Numbered from the stretch's first letter, positions 38,201 through 48,691 are shown. The stretch: 57,911 nucleotides of DNA from an uncultured Gammaproteobacteria bacterium (GCA_964489875.1 CAZAZW010000002.1:134792-192702); one strand, 5' to 3'. The notes: generated by a model not told the origin, from the letters alone. Program-made: numbers and translations.

Positions 38201-39166
38201 CGAAGAATTCTGTCTATAGGAGCAGGTACCTGTCTTTTTGCCAGAAAGGTAACAGGATCCGGCTATACGGCTGAAATTGAAAATTTAGATATCAATGGTG
38301 CGGCACTACGGATCGCAAAAGAGAGGTTTCCCAGCATAGGTCAAATTAAGATTGAGGGTGCATCGAATATCAGCAGCGAATCAGCGCGATACGACGCCAT
38401 CGACTGTTCGTTCATGCTGCCCTGGACCCGAATTTATGGGGAAAATGGTAAAGCTGAGGGGGTTACCCAGAACGAAAGAGTAAAAATTATGCTTGAAATG
38501 AACAGAGTCCTTAAATTCGGCGGCACAACTGTCTTGACTTTCCCGGAAAGCTCATTCGATACAACAACCTTTGAAAGGTTTACAAAAACTGTTGCTTCGC
38601 ATTTTGGATTTTCTATACTTGAGCCATCCGGTACTTCATATGCAACGGACCTAAAGCCTTCCAAAAGAATTGGTTGGGTAATAACCCTACAAAAAATTGG
38701 AGAACCCCAACTCTCGGGTCTTCAACCAGGTAATTTGGCCTTCTTGAGCGATGAAACAAAAAGGGTTAGTAAATATAGAGCCGGTAAAAATGGTGGTGAA
38801 CCTGTTGTAGTTAATGTAGAATACCCTATATTCTCTTCAAAAGAATTTGAAGTAAGAAATCCTTTGACAGGTGAGATATCGCTTGCTAACAGTCCGACTG
38901 CCAGGACTGATTTATTTATTTCTGCCCGTGATTTGGTCGAAAAAGTCAAATCCGGCCTTTCAGCTGAGCAATGGCAAGTCTGGAGTGCGGCCAGAAGAGA
39001 TATAGAACAAAGGCTTGACAGAAACTACGAAGATGCTGAAGAGATTTTGGTTGGTATACTAAGGCGTAGAGGTTTGGATAATCAAAGAGAGTGGAATGCT
39101 GATATTTTAGTAAGGCTTGTAAGTGGAGAGGTTCAGAGAATTTTGCGAAGAGAGGTAAAAGATTAA
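35297..39166 (+). CDS. SF2 (SNF2-like) helicase fused to a C-terminal class I SAM methyltransferase
   Basis: GDTGATKT (I), FDESD (II), TATP (III), QMTGRFLRPGQ (VI); ILSIGAGT, YDAIDCSF, EMNRVLKFGG. Confidence 0.8.
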   Translation: MVTERIETTEQTIVPDFTERIIGKYSISKQALEKIITLQPTDPDYPLSSSFEDNYQASNNSEMKYAIARALIADGRYSNTPWLVRKFLAPGQEVAPEIKQLKGNLQFHLVKEGRVDINSGEAKEAEDEVLGYVDRSELLKKLRQVLPIHVMGAITNALLFEDVTDEKKKEKLRSFTTRALIRPYLGDLLVQRPLGEIDFRDLVVMVPEKVFKNADTATLGIVRNHLVSEAMRLFINNEEEGFRSLSVSTLTETSPVKREFLEKVEREFHEIAEVQIPPVFYSEVEGWFADKSPFPLFRQKYFVYEFLRSRRSFLNGDTGATKTACAYLGMETIGAQRVTIFGPAKARNTWPREAEKIFLDEHRPDVFAVRRFKDLEDPRVETAKYVYVGSELLGGAWNNPQLYGRIQKALLEKRQTDGLIFDESDEFCHSGANCTKMLVDLVKKMHEGYRQRNVFEMPSIALTATPISSSLEDMDITMALLYPDKFSLPRQKGDGVYPFSIQALRDPKLAYFLLQGEGLMIQWSLEDLFGEKAPKLKFGPENRISIATSPTQEIIYEWAAGLQIGTLAKIRLLRAVLLNPELIKRACQERNLIPEPVYSKEGLVEKFHELHEAWMKWTIDKDGRIPYEKFSTDWIAKYGDRDLLLQCFFDDKLIDGVESLSRRYPEIYSDWQTQDTVSGKYSALKRFLQERIVRNGDGSYHAREKVFVVSPYHKRGITRWLDDPNTKDEDLEDNAWSLYEYMHMDWLPDLPADMAINIDGTRSFTARDRAAGFFREYGNKNALVIASMDSVNESMDWAIRDTESNRNIERLSVVFLGWPFGFDEFKQMTGRFLRPGQSKPVDIYVYEGENSIDQGFFNLVRVKHLLTQMALAGVNLSPEDQEFFKSSTSAKRILLAQPNVGQAFLRDVVKRMAGLGEREAAGELSKDKDGKTYEQLFAEFYFDEGKDEFRIVGNNAELAKNILFRTNPRRILSIGAGTCLFARKVTGSGYTAEIENLDINGAALRIAKERFPSIGQIKIEGASNISSESARYDAIDCSFMLPWTRIYGENGKAEGVTQNERVKIMLEMNRVLKFGGTTVLTFPESSFDTTTFERFTKTVASHFGFSILEPSGTSYATDLKPSKRIGWVITLQKIGEPQLSGLQPGNLAFLSDETKRVSKYRAGKNGGEPVVVNVEYPIFSSKEFEVRNPLTGEISLANSPTARTDLFISARDLVEKVKSGLSAEQWQVWSAARRDIEQRLDRNYEDAEEILVGILRRRGLDNQREWNADILVRLVSGEVQRILRREVKD

Positions 39167-39180
39167 GGGGGTGGTAAAGA

Positions 39181-39693
39181 ATGGTAGAAAACAGAACAAC
39201 TGAGTTTTTTAATCAAAATGTAGCAGATTTAGAAGAAGCTCTGCGAAATAGGATCTTAATAGACCAAACTGCTAATAAACAGGTTCAGCTTACCAGGTTA
39301 GAACCCTATCCTAAAGTTGGCCCAAGATATAGAGCGATAATTGCCGAAAAAATGCAACCAGGCGAGATTTGGATTCCTTATATTCCGGTAAGAAGAATGA
39401 GTCAATCTCTTATTATAGCTAAAAGTATTGAGCCTGAAGTTGGAGCTTGTGTAAGAGTACTCAGAGGTAGCTATTATGATCTGGAGAAAGGTGAATTCGT
39501 TCCAATGCCGCGAGAAGGCGATATCGCCAAATATTTAGGATTAGGTCAGTTTGAGAGAGCCAGCCTTAGATTCCTGGACGAATCAGAAGCTTTATATATT
39601 ATAAGAGGTGAACACATTCGTAATTCACCAGATGCGAGTGCAGGTATTAATCCTGATGAGGCAAACGGCGAATTGAAAAAGCTCTTACAATAA
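39181..39693 (+). CDS. Divergent 3-methyladenine DNA glycosylase (AAG/MPG fold)-like protein with C-terminal PDEANGELKKL tag
   Basis: EFFNQ..LEEALRNRIL, LEPY (cf. ETEAY), PGEIWI, GACVRV, GDIAKYLGL appear in AAG motif order. Confidence 0.55.
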   Translation: MVENRTTEFFNQNVADLEEALRNRILIDQTANKQVQLTRLEPYPKVGPRYRAIIAEKMQPGEIWIPYIPVRRMSQSLIIAKSIEPEVGACVRVLRGSYYDLEKGEFVPMPREGDIAKYLGLGQFERASLRFLDESEALYIIRGEHIRNSPDASAGINPDEANGELKKLLQ

Positions 39694-39735
39694 TCTCGGA
39701 GACAAAATAATAAACAATTTTCAGCTGTGAGAAAT

Positions 39736-40590
39736 TCAAGGAGAATTCAACTGGTTTGTCGACCTTACCTTTTGCAAGGTAGCTCTGTTTATTCCCTGAT
39801 GTTTTATCTCATCCCAAGTGGATAGATAAAATGGCATCGTAGGTTTTTTTCCCTTAAGCTGACTCTTAATAAATCCATTCATTTCATATTTTTTAACTGT
39901 GTTTGGAAAAACCAGTATTATCTCTGGGAATGAGGTTTCCATATTATGCTGCCAGGTTTTTTTACTAAAATATTTTATATATTGCCAGACTCTCTTTTCC
40001 ATTTCCTTCTTTTTGTTATACCAGTCAAATACATCTACAAAATACTTTTTTTGTGAACCATCTTTTTGTTTTATAATAAAATAGGCATCGGGATTAGGGT
40101 ATATTAGATGTTTGACACCTTTTAAGTCAGTATTCGTAAAAAAGTGCAAATTATCCTCTTTAAGACCAACCTGTTTAACAAACTTAAGAAGCGAGATATA
40201 CATGTGTGCTAAGAACAAACAATGGTTTTTAAATGTCCTGGTGTATTTATATTCCCGCCATACCCGATCCAAATCAGAGTGGTTAATATCTTTTATTTCA
40301 GGGTGGGTCAAAAAATATTTCCTGCCCATAACTCCCAGTGAAAAAGCTGCAGGTTCTTCGTCGAGCTTTTTCTTATAGTAGCGTTTCAGGTATTTATTTT
40401 TTGTCAGTTCGTTTAACCAGATTCGTATTCTTTCATGATGTTTGTGATGGAGTAGGAATTGGACTTGTTCTGTATTTATGAATCGGAATCTATATGAGAG
40501 GATGGTTAATTTTTCAAAGTGTGGTTTCAGTTTTTTAAGAGGTTGGTTTTTGTCCGGAGTTATTTTAGTCTTCCTGCTTTTCGGTGTCAT
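39736..40590 (-). CDS. Replication-relaxation (Replic_Relax) family protein, putative relaxase
   Basis: N-terminal wHTH (RFINTEQV...WLNELTKNKYL); PDAYF..YFVDV; downstream of the coupling protein. Confidence 0.75.
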   Translation of the reverse strand: MTPKSRKTKITPDKNQPLKKLKPHFEKLTILSYRFRFINTEQVQFLLHHKHHERIRIWLNELTKNKYLKRYYKKKLDEEPAAFSLGVMGRKYFLTHPEIKDINHSDLDRVWREYKYTRTFKNHCLFLAHMYISLLKFVKQVGLKEDNLHFFTNTDLKGVKHLIYPNPDAYFIIKQKDGSQKKYFVDVFDWYNKKKEMEKRVWQYIKYFSKKTWQHNMETSFPEIILVFPNTVKKYEMNGFIKSQLKGKKPTMPFYLSTWDEIKHQGINRATLQKVRSTNQLNSP

Positions 40591-40695
40591 GTTTATTACC
40601 CTCCTTATATTTATATAAGGAATATATAAGTAGCGGTTTTTTATATTTTAGATTCAATTTTTATCATTTTTAGTAGCAAGCGGCTGCTACTGGAG

Positions 40696-43362
40696 TTATC
40701 CTATTGTCAGGTAGTCTGAGGGCTTGCTAAACTCCTCTTTTTGCCCGTTATCTTTACCATCTGATTTATTCCCTTCAGCTTTTTTTACAGTATTTGGTTT
40801 GATATACTTTATCGCCCAGTTATCCCTTGATGATTGTAATAAGCTTTCTATATTTTTCTTACCCTCTTTAATATCCGTCAGAATTGTTTCGCCTGAAAAA
40901 GGTTCTTCCGGTTTATCAGCAGACACTTTCATGTAAAATCTATACTTTGGTAAGTTTGCTATCTCTCCTTTATCAACATATGGTTCAAATTGAAGAAGCA
41001 TTAGTTTTTCATCATCAGGATTGGCACTTTTAAATGATATAACAGTCCCTACGTTTGCCAAAATAACATTAACTAAATTTCTGTCTTTTTGTTGAGAGGT
41101 TGACTGTTCGGCAATTGTCAGGAAAATTCTATATTTCCTAGCCTCTGATAACATCTGGACAAAAGACGGGGTAGCGAAAGTCTGAAACTCATCAACATAT
41201 AAATAGAAAGGAGTTCTTTTTTGTTGGGAAATCCTGGCACGTTTTAAGGCAGCAAGCTGCAACTTTGCCAATATCATAATCCCCATTACTTCAGTATTAT
41301 CCTCTCCGATACTCCCTTTAGCTAAATTACAGATTAGGATTTTTCCACTGTCTAAAATATCATCAAAATTAATTGTAGATTTGGTTTGCTCGAGCATTCT
41401 TTTGGCAAAGGGTGAGAAAAGAAACCTTCCAATTCTTGATGTAACAGAACCGATCATTTTTACTTTCTGGTAATCACCGGCTAAACCAAATTCATATTTC
41501 CAGAAATTTTTTAAGTTCTCATCCTCTAAAGTTATAATAATATTTTCCTGAACTGTTGGATCGGTTAAAAGTTCATATACAGTAAATATGGTGGGGTTTT
41601 TCATTGTCAGTGCAGTCTGGATGGTATTTCTTAATATATATTCCAGTCTGTGTGCATGAGCTGACCAGACTTCAGAGAAGATTTTTCTAAAAAGAGATAC
41701 TACAGATTCTGTAATAAGTTCCTTTTCCCTTAACAAATCATCTTCATCAAGGTTTGGGGTTAACTCCAGAAGGTTTATCCCGATTGGGTACTTGATATCA
41801 TCAGGGTTTATATAGATAAAATCCTTTTTTCTTTTTTCGGGAACCGTTGCAATAAGTGTTTTTGCTAAGTCTCCATGAGGATCAATAACACATACACCCT
41901 TTCCGTCATTAATATCTTTATCTGCCATAGATAAAATCATAGTAGTTTTACCTGCACCTGTTGCCCCTATCATGTAGACATGTTTTTCTCGTTCTTCTTT
42001 GGTTAATCCTATATCTGTAGTTGTTCCGCCATAGGTATTTTTGGCAAAAATCATATCCAGTTTGCTGTTATTTTTTAAAGACAACGGGGCAGGGAGCTCT
42101 TTGGAATGAATCTTGACTATATTTTCAGTCTGGGTGACATTCTGGAATGGGAAATGGTATAAGTCTGAGACTTCGGAAACCGACAGCCAGGAGGAGCTAT
42201 TATCAAAAAGTAAGGACAGCAGCCTTTTCCTGAAGGCCAACAAACGGATTCTGTCTATTATGTAAGGCAAAAAGTTGAATTTAAGTTTAAATGACTGGTA
42301 TTTAGGCACGGAAAAAACAGCCAGGGAGGAAATAAAACCCTTAATCCGCTCTCTTTGTTCATATTTATCTTTTACCAGCACCAGCAGCCTGATTGATGTT
42401 TCAAATAACGGCTGGTCAATCTTTTCCTGGACGGATTTAACAGTTTCCTGCTCGAAACTGCTCAATATTCTGACAGGTTTTACTCTTGGGACTTGGGTTT
42501 GATAAGAGGAAGTCCTGCCGCTATTGACCAAATCGGTTATTCCCCAGGCCACAAAACCCATCAGAGAAGTAATAATTTTCATTAAAAGCATTAGAAGGGA
42601 AGAAATAAATTTAATTGGCCAGGGGAAAGGAGTTCCGTTTAGGTGACCTAAAGCATCTTCATTATTTAAGATTTTCCTTTGGATATGGTCAGTTTTACCG
42701 GTTTGTATGGGGGATAAAACTATCTGAAAGGAGATTAACTCACCAGGGGATAACTTGGTCATCATTCCTGTAATATATGCTACCGGGTCGTGTTCTTTTA
42801 AGATCTCCTGCTTTTGCAGAGGATATGCAAAATGTTTTTTCAGCTTAAACTCAACAACCTTTGAATAGTAACTTTTTAATACTTTGGACTGCGGAGGCAG
42901 ATATTCATTGGCTATTTTGACATTAACCTGGGGAAGATATGAAATCAGACTTCTTTTTACGTTGTTTACTTCATCGGGTGTAGTCCTTATCAAGTACCTG
43001 ATTCCCTGGTTTAAGGTTGAGGCTATCTCAAATGAAAATACAATCTTTTTACCGAGTAATTTCTCCCAAAAAGTCCTTCTGTCTCCTAAGTTATGGATAA
43101 CTGAAAAAAGCTGTTGGGTAGTATAGGCAGTTTTCTGCATAAAAGCAGGCGGTGTAAGCTCTAAAAGAATCGATGTTTCATTTAATGATTTTCTTATAGT
43201 TAAGAACTTACGGAGAATGAAAACAATCGCGGTCAATCCAAGTAGGAAAAGAACCAATGGAATAAATGACGAATATTGAGAAACAATTAAATCTTTTTCT
43301 AAATGAAGTGAACTAAGAAAGTTGTCTAGTAAATAATCAGCCCGAAGTTTTTGAAAGTCCAT
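40696..43362 (-). CDS. Type IV coupling protein (VirD4/TraG/TrwB-like ATPase)
   Basis: GATGAGKT, IDPHGD, LYVDEFQ, LSEARKY; N-terminal TMs. Confidence 0.88.
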   Translation of the reverse strand: MDFQKLRADYLLDNFLSSLHLEKDLIVSQYSSFIPLVLFLLGLTAIVFILRKFLTIRKSLNETSILLELTPPAFMQKTAYTTQQLFSVIHNLGDRRTFWEKLLGKKIVFSFEIASTLNQGIRYLIRTTPDEVNNVKRSLISYLPQVNVKIANEYLPPQSKVLKSYYSKVVEFKLKKHFAYPLQKQEILKEHDPVAYITGMMTKLSPGELISFQIVLSPIQTGKTDHIQRKILNNEDALGHLNGTPFPWPIKFISSLLMLLMKIITSLMGFVAWGITDLVNSGRTSSYQTQVPRVKPVRILSSFEQETVKSVQEKIDQPLFETSIRLLVLVKDKYEQRERIKGFISSLAVFSVPKYQSFKLKFNFLPYIIDRIRLLAFRKRLLSLLFDNSSSWLSVSEVSDLYHFPFQNVTQTENIVKIHSKELPAPLSLKNNSKLDMIFAKNTYGGTTTDIGLTKEEREKHVYMIGATGAGKTTMILSMADKDINDGKGVCVIDPHGDLAKTLIATVPEKRKKDFIYINPDDIKYPIGINLLELTPNLDEDDLLREKELITESVVSLFRKIFSEVWSAHAHRLEYILRNTIQTALTMKNPTIFTVYELLTDPTVQENIIITLEDENLKNFWKYEFGLAGDYQKVKMIGSVTSRIGRFLFSPFAKRMLEQTKSTINFDDILDSGKILICNLAKGSIGEDNTEVMGIMILAKLQLAALKRARISQQKRTPFYLYVDEFQTFATPSFVQMLSEARKYRIFLTIAEQSTSQQKDRNLVNVILANVGTVISFKSANPDDEKLMLLQFEPYVDKGEIANLPKYRFYMKVSADKPEEPFSGETILTDIKEGKKNIESLLQSSRDNWAIKYIKPNTVKKAEGNKSDGKDNGQKEEFSKPSDYLTIG

Positions 43363-43437
43363 TTTACTCTCTTCTGGACAGTATGAACTTTATAGCAGAA
43401 ACACTTTCGGAAGTAAAGTTGATATAGTTTGATACTC

Positions 43438-43467
43438 TTGACAACTATCTCGAACGGGATATATAAT
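43438..43467 (+). promoter_or_regulatory. Promoter of the recombinase operon with embedded operator copy 2
   Basis: TTGACA-18-TATAAT containing AACTATCTCGAA (43443-43454). Confidence 0.65.
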
Positions 43468-43505
43468 TATCTCAATCAGGATAGATCATGAAGCTAACTT
43501 AGACT

Positions 43506-43855
43506 ATGGAAACTGTCCAACAATCCTTTATAACTGAAGAACAAGTAGTTACTCCTACAATAGAGATCCTAGAGAATATTAAACCTGTTAACAATGAGCC
43601 TCTTACTATAAAAAATATCCCAAAAACCGTTACCCAATCTTTTGATGAGTTATTTCCCGAACAACAGCATGATGAGAAAAATCTTCAAAAAGCAAAAGAA
43701 ATATTAGGAGAAGAAGCAACTCAATTCACAAACGCACAGTTAAAAGATATTGTTTCCGAGGTTCAGTATTTGGTTGAAAGCTGGCTTGATGATTTTGAGA
43801 GAGAGATATTTGAAGGGCTTACCCTAAAAGAACTTTTACATGAGAAGGGAGGCTT

Positions 43856-43859
<4 letters not shown>
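43506..43859 (+). CDS. Hypothetical acidic protein coupled to the recombinase (possible accessory factor)
   Basis: ATGA overlap with the recombinase start. Confidence 0.7.
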
Positions 43860-45444
<1,585 letters not shown>

Positions 45445-45460
45445 AAGCTAAACTACTTCG

Positions 45461-45535
45461 GGTGCCGCAGCCCAGAATCGGACTGAGATAACCTGTTCTT
45501 CAGACAGGCGCCTTGACCACGTTGGCAACTGCGGC
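45461..45535 (-). tRNA. tRNA-Phe(GAA)
   Basis: CCTGT-CTGAAGA-ACAGG anticodon arm; atypical T-loop TCCGATT. Confidence 0.88.
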
Positions 45536-45573
45536 AAACCAAAGAAGATTTTACCACGAGATGATAGTTTATG

Positions 45574-45777
45574 TCACTTCTTAAAGAAATTCAAAATTAG
45601 GGTAAGAATTACTGAAAGCGCAATAGCAGAAGTAAAAGGAATATAAATTTTCAGGCCTGGCCTGTCTATAGAGATGTCTCCCGGAATCCTGGGCCAGTGA
45701 GGCATGAGGTTAAACAAGAGTCCCAAGACTAAAAATATCACACCTAAAAACGAAAATATTTTACCGATCTCCTGCAT
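45574..45777 (-). CDS. DUF2905-family membrane protein
   Basis: RIPGDI....KIYIPFTSAI motif. Confidence 0.85.
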   Translation of the reverse strand: MQEIGKIFSFLGVIFLVLGLLFNLMPHWPRIPGDISIDRPGLKIYIPFTSAIALSVILTLILNFFKK

Positions 45778-45831
45778 GATTTAATTATATATTTTTTTAA
45801 ACTTCAAACACCAGGGTAAAACGAAGCCTGA

Positions 45832-46053
45832 TTAAGGGATCTCTTCTATGTACACTGTAGATATCTCTGTTACGGGCGTCCTTGTCGGTTGAGGCTCAAC
45901 TGCCGGTGTCGGTGTAAAAGTTGATCCCGATGTAAAAGTTGGCGTCGCAACTGCCGGTGCATCTGCATTACTTAGTGGTTTAACGCACGATGTAAAAGAA
46001 AGTCCCGCTGTTAGGGCGAGGGCTAAACGTAAGGCTGTAAGTTTTTCTTTCAT
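45832..46053 (-). CDS. Small P/T-rich putative lipoprotein
   Basis: Signal peptide with FTSC lipobox-like site. Confidence 0.55.
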   Translation of the reverse strand: MKEKLTALRLALALTAGLSFTSCVKPLSNADAPAVATPTFTSGSTFTPTPAVEPQPTRTPVTEISTVYIEEIP

Positions 46054-46120
46054 ATTAAGTTAAAACTATGGTAATTATAAATGGGGAAGTTTAAAAAATC
46101 AATTAGCTATAAGCTAGAAG

Positions 46121-47893
46121 TTATTTTACCGTCACACTTTTGGCAATATTGCGGGGCTTATCTACATTATTTTTTAACTCTACTGCCATATAATAGGCCA
46201 AAAGCTGGAGAGGTATTATATTCATAATGGCAGATGTTTCTCCCGTATCAGGTACCGGAATATGGGAGTCAAAACCGGCAAAGTTAGTGGGGGAGATACC
46301 GATTACCGTAGCACCTCTGGCCTTGACCTGGTTAACAGCATTTATCACATCATCTTTGGCTATATCTTCTGAAATTACTACAATCACCGGTACCCCTTTT
46401 TCCATTAAAGTAATGGCATAATGTTTTAAATCTCCGGCCGGAATACCATGGGCATGAATGTAAGAACCTTCTATAATTTTAACCATACCTTCTTTAACAA
46501 TATTAAAATTCTGATATTTACCCAGTAAGAAGATATCTTTTTGTTTAGCCAAATCCTTTGCCAGTTTTTTAAGTAACTCATGGTTTAGAGCGGAATTTAA
46601 ATATTTATCCATGGCTCCGGCCAATTCCTTTAGGTTTTCTTCACCCTCCTTGGCTTTGCCCTGTACAATTTTAGAAAGTAAATACCCCCAGGCAATTTGA
46701 GATGTAAAGACTTTGGTAGACATCACACAAATCTCCGGCCCGGCGTGCGCCGGAAAACTAAAATCAGAAATCCTGGTCATGGTAGAACCCGGCATATTGA
46801 CGTAGGAAGCGATTTTGACAGCCTTTTTCTTGGCAATTTCCAAAACTTCCAAAACATCAGCCGTTTCTCCTGATTGGGAGGGGGCAATCATTAAATCATT
46901 TTTGGTTAAAAGGTCAAAATATTCATAAATATCAGCTCCAATCACGCTCTCAGCCCTGATTTTACCAAACACTCTAAGATAAAAAGCAATCTGGGAGGCG
47001 GCAATCCCGGCTGTACCGGAACCAATAGTGTAAACATTTTTAGCCTTTTTTATTTCACTAACAAAACTTTCATAAGCCTTATGGCCATGGCTGACCAGCT
47101 GATTAATCACATACGGACTCTCAAAGATTTCTTTCAGCATAAAGTGATCATAGCCTTCTTTATCAACTTTGCTGCTTTCAAAATCTATTCTTTCCGGACG
47201 GGTAAGTAATGGCTTGTTGGATTTAACATCCACGAGATCCAGCTTGCCATTGTAGCTGGCCATCTGCCCGTTATCCAAAACAACTACCTTTGCTACATAT
47301 GGGGCAAATGAGAGAGTATCTGAAGAAAGAAAAATTTCACCGTCATTTAAGCCAACCACCAAAGGGGAACCATTCCTGGCAGCTATAATTTGGCCGTCTT
47401 TAGTCAAAACAATAATGGTGTTGCGACCTTCCAGTTCCAGAAATGCGCTTCTGACAGCCTCTTTGAGGTCTTTTTTAACCTTTAATTTATCTTCTATTAA
47501 TCTGACTATCACCTCTGTATCTGTTTCTGTCTCAAATTTAAACCCTTTTTTCTTCAGATTCGCCTTTAATTCCTGGTAATTTTCCACTATGCCGTTTTGG
47601 GCCAGGGCAAAACTTTTATCAGAAGAAAAGTGGGGATGGGCATTAAGCTCGGAAATACCACCGTGAGTGGCCCAACGGGTATGGCCGATACCTGTTCGGG
47701 AGTTCAGAGCTAAGAGCTGCGAGTTCAGAGAATTTAGATCCCCAATAGCTCCGGTTTTTTTCTCCAGTTTAATTTGGTCTGCCACCACAGCAATACCCCA
47801 GGAATCATAGCCACGGTATTCCAACCTTTTTAAGCCTTCTAAAATAATTTCAGGAGCATTTTTTGAACCGGAGTAACCAAATATCCCACACAT
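46121..47893 (-). CDS. glmS: Glutamine--fructose-6-phosphate aminotransferase
   Basis: MCGI, LEYRGYDS, GHTRWATHG, SQSGET, PRNIAKSVT. Confidence 0.97.
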   Translation of the reverse strand: MCGIFGYSGSKNAPEIILEGLKRLEYRGYDSWGIAVVADQIKLEKKTGAIGDLNSLNSQLLALNSRTGIGHTRWATHGGISELNAHPHFSSDKSFALAQNGIVENYQELKANLKKKGFKFETETDTEVIVRLIEDKLKVKKDLKEAVRSAFLELEGRNTIIVLTKDGQIIAARNGSPLVVGLNDGEIFLSSDTLSFAPYVAKVVVLDNGQMASYNGKLDLVDVKSNKPLLTRPERIDFESSKVDKEGYDHFMLKEIFESPYVINQLVSHGHKAYESFVSEIKKAKNVYTIGSGTAGIAASQIAFYLRVFGKIRAESVIGADIYEYFDLLTKNDLMIAPSQSGETADVLEVLEIAKKKAVKIASYVNMPGSTMTRISDFSFPAHAGPEICVMSTKVFTSQIAWGYLLSKIVQGKAKEGEENLKELAGAMDKYLNSALNHELLKKLAKDLAKQKDIFLLGKYQNFNIVKEGMVKIIEGSYIHAHGIPAGDLKHYAITLMEKGVPVIVVISEDIAKDDVINAVNQVKARGATVIGISPTNFAGFDSHIPVPDTGETSAIMNIIPLQLLAYYMAVELKNNVDKPRNIAKSVTVK

Positions 47894-47917
47894 ATATTTT
47901 AGGATTATATCACGTAG

Positions 47918-47991
47918 TGGAGTTGACAGGACTTGAACCTGTGACCTTCTCAGTGTAAATGAGACGCTCTAGCCAGCTGAGCTACAACTCC
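47918..47991 (-). tRNA. tRNA-Val(TAC)
   Basis: TCTCA-TTTACAC-TGAGA anticodon arm. Confidence 0.95.
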
Positions 47992-48074
47992 AATGTTTCA
48001 TATTATATCGCGTATGGCCACTGAAAGGAAATTTATCTCTTTTATCTAATCCATTTATATGCTAATCTAAAAAA

Positions 48075-48611
48075 ATGGATAATCAGGATGTTTGCCCCAA
48101 GTGCAGTTCCCCTTTGGGGGAGATAACAGAGACCCAAACAGGTAAAAAGCTGCAGCGGTGCAGCACGGGTTCCTGGAATAAGGAACTGCGCAAAACCGAA
48201 GGATGTGAGTATGTTAAGTGGTTAACAGTGCCTCCCTTAGAGCTGGATGAAAAATGCCCGAAGTGTAACAGCATTTTAATCATGCAGGTAACCCGTTTTG
48301 GCAAAAAGATGAAGAAATGTTCTAAAGGTGGCTGGGATAAGGAAGCCAAAAAAGCCACCGGTTGTGACTATATTGAGTGGTTAACAGGCACAAAAGAACC
48401 TTTGGAGGCGGATTGCCCGACTTGCGGGGAAAAATTGGTTCTCTTTACCACCAATACCGGCAAAAAGATGGAGAAGTGTTCAACTGCTGGTTGGGATGCT
48501 GCAAACAAACTGGCCACAGGGTGTGCTTATATCAGGTGGCTAAAACCCGGAGAAGTGCCGGTATCTTCCGCCGGAGAAGAATTCCTACCCCCGGAGCCTC
48601 CCGAGTCTTGA
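48075..48611 (+). CDS. Topoisomerase-type C4 zinc-ribbon repeat protein
   Basis: Three CPxC...GKK..(K/R)CS...GCxY(V/I)xW repeats. Confidence 0.8.
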   Translation: MDNQDVCPKCSSPLGEITETQTGKKLQRCSTGSWNKELRKTEGCEYVKWLTVPPLELDEKCPKCNSILIMQVTRFGKKMKKCSKGGWDKEAKKATGCDYIEWLTGTKEPLEADCPTCGEKLVLFTTNTGKKMEKCSTAGWDAANKLATGCAYIRWLKPGEVPVSSAGEEFLPPEPPES

Positions 48612-48691
48612 TTAAGCAATATTAAGCAACAACCATCCTCCATGTTTCATGATAGACCCCAACTCACCTTTATGGTTTAATATTAACTTGC

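Noticed and set aside
47894-47917. glmS ribozyme
   Set aside because: Only ~24 nt lie between the glmS start and tRNA-Val; no room
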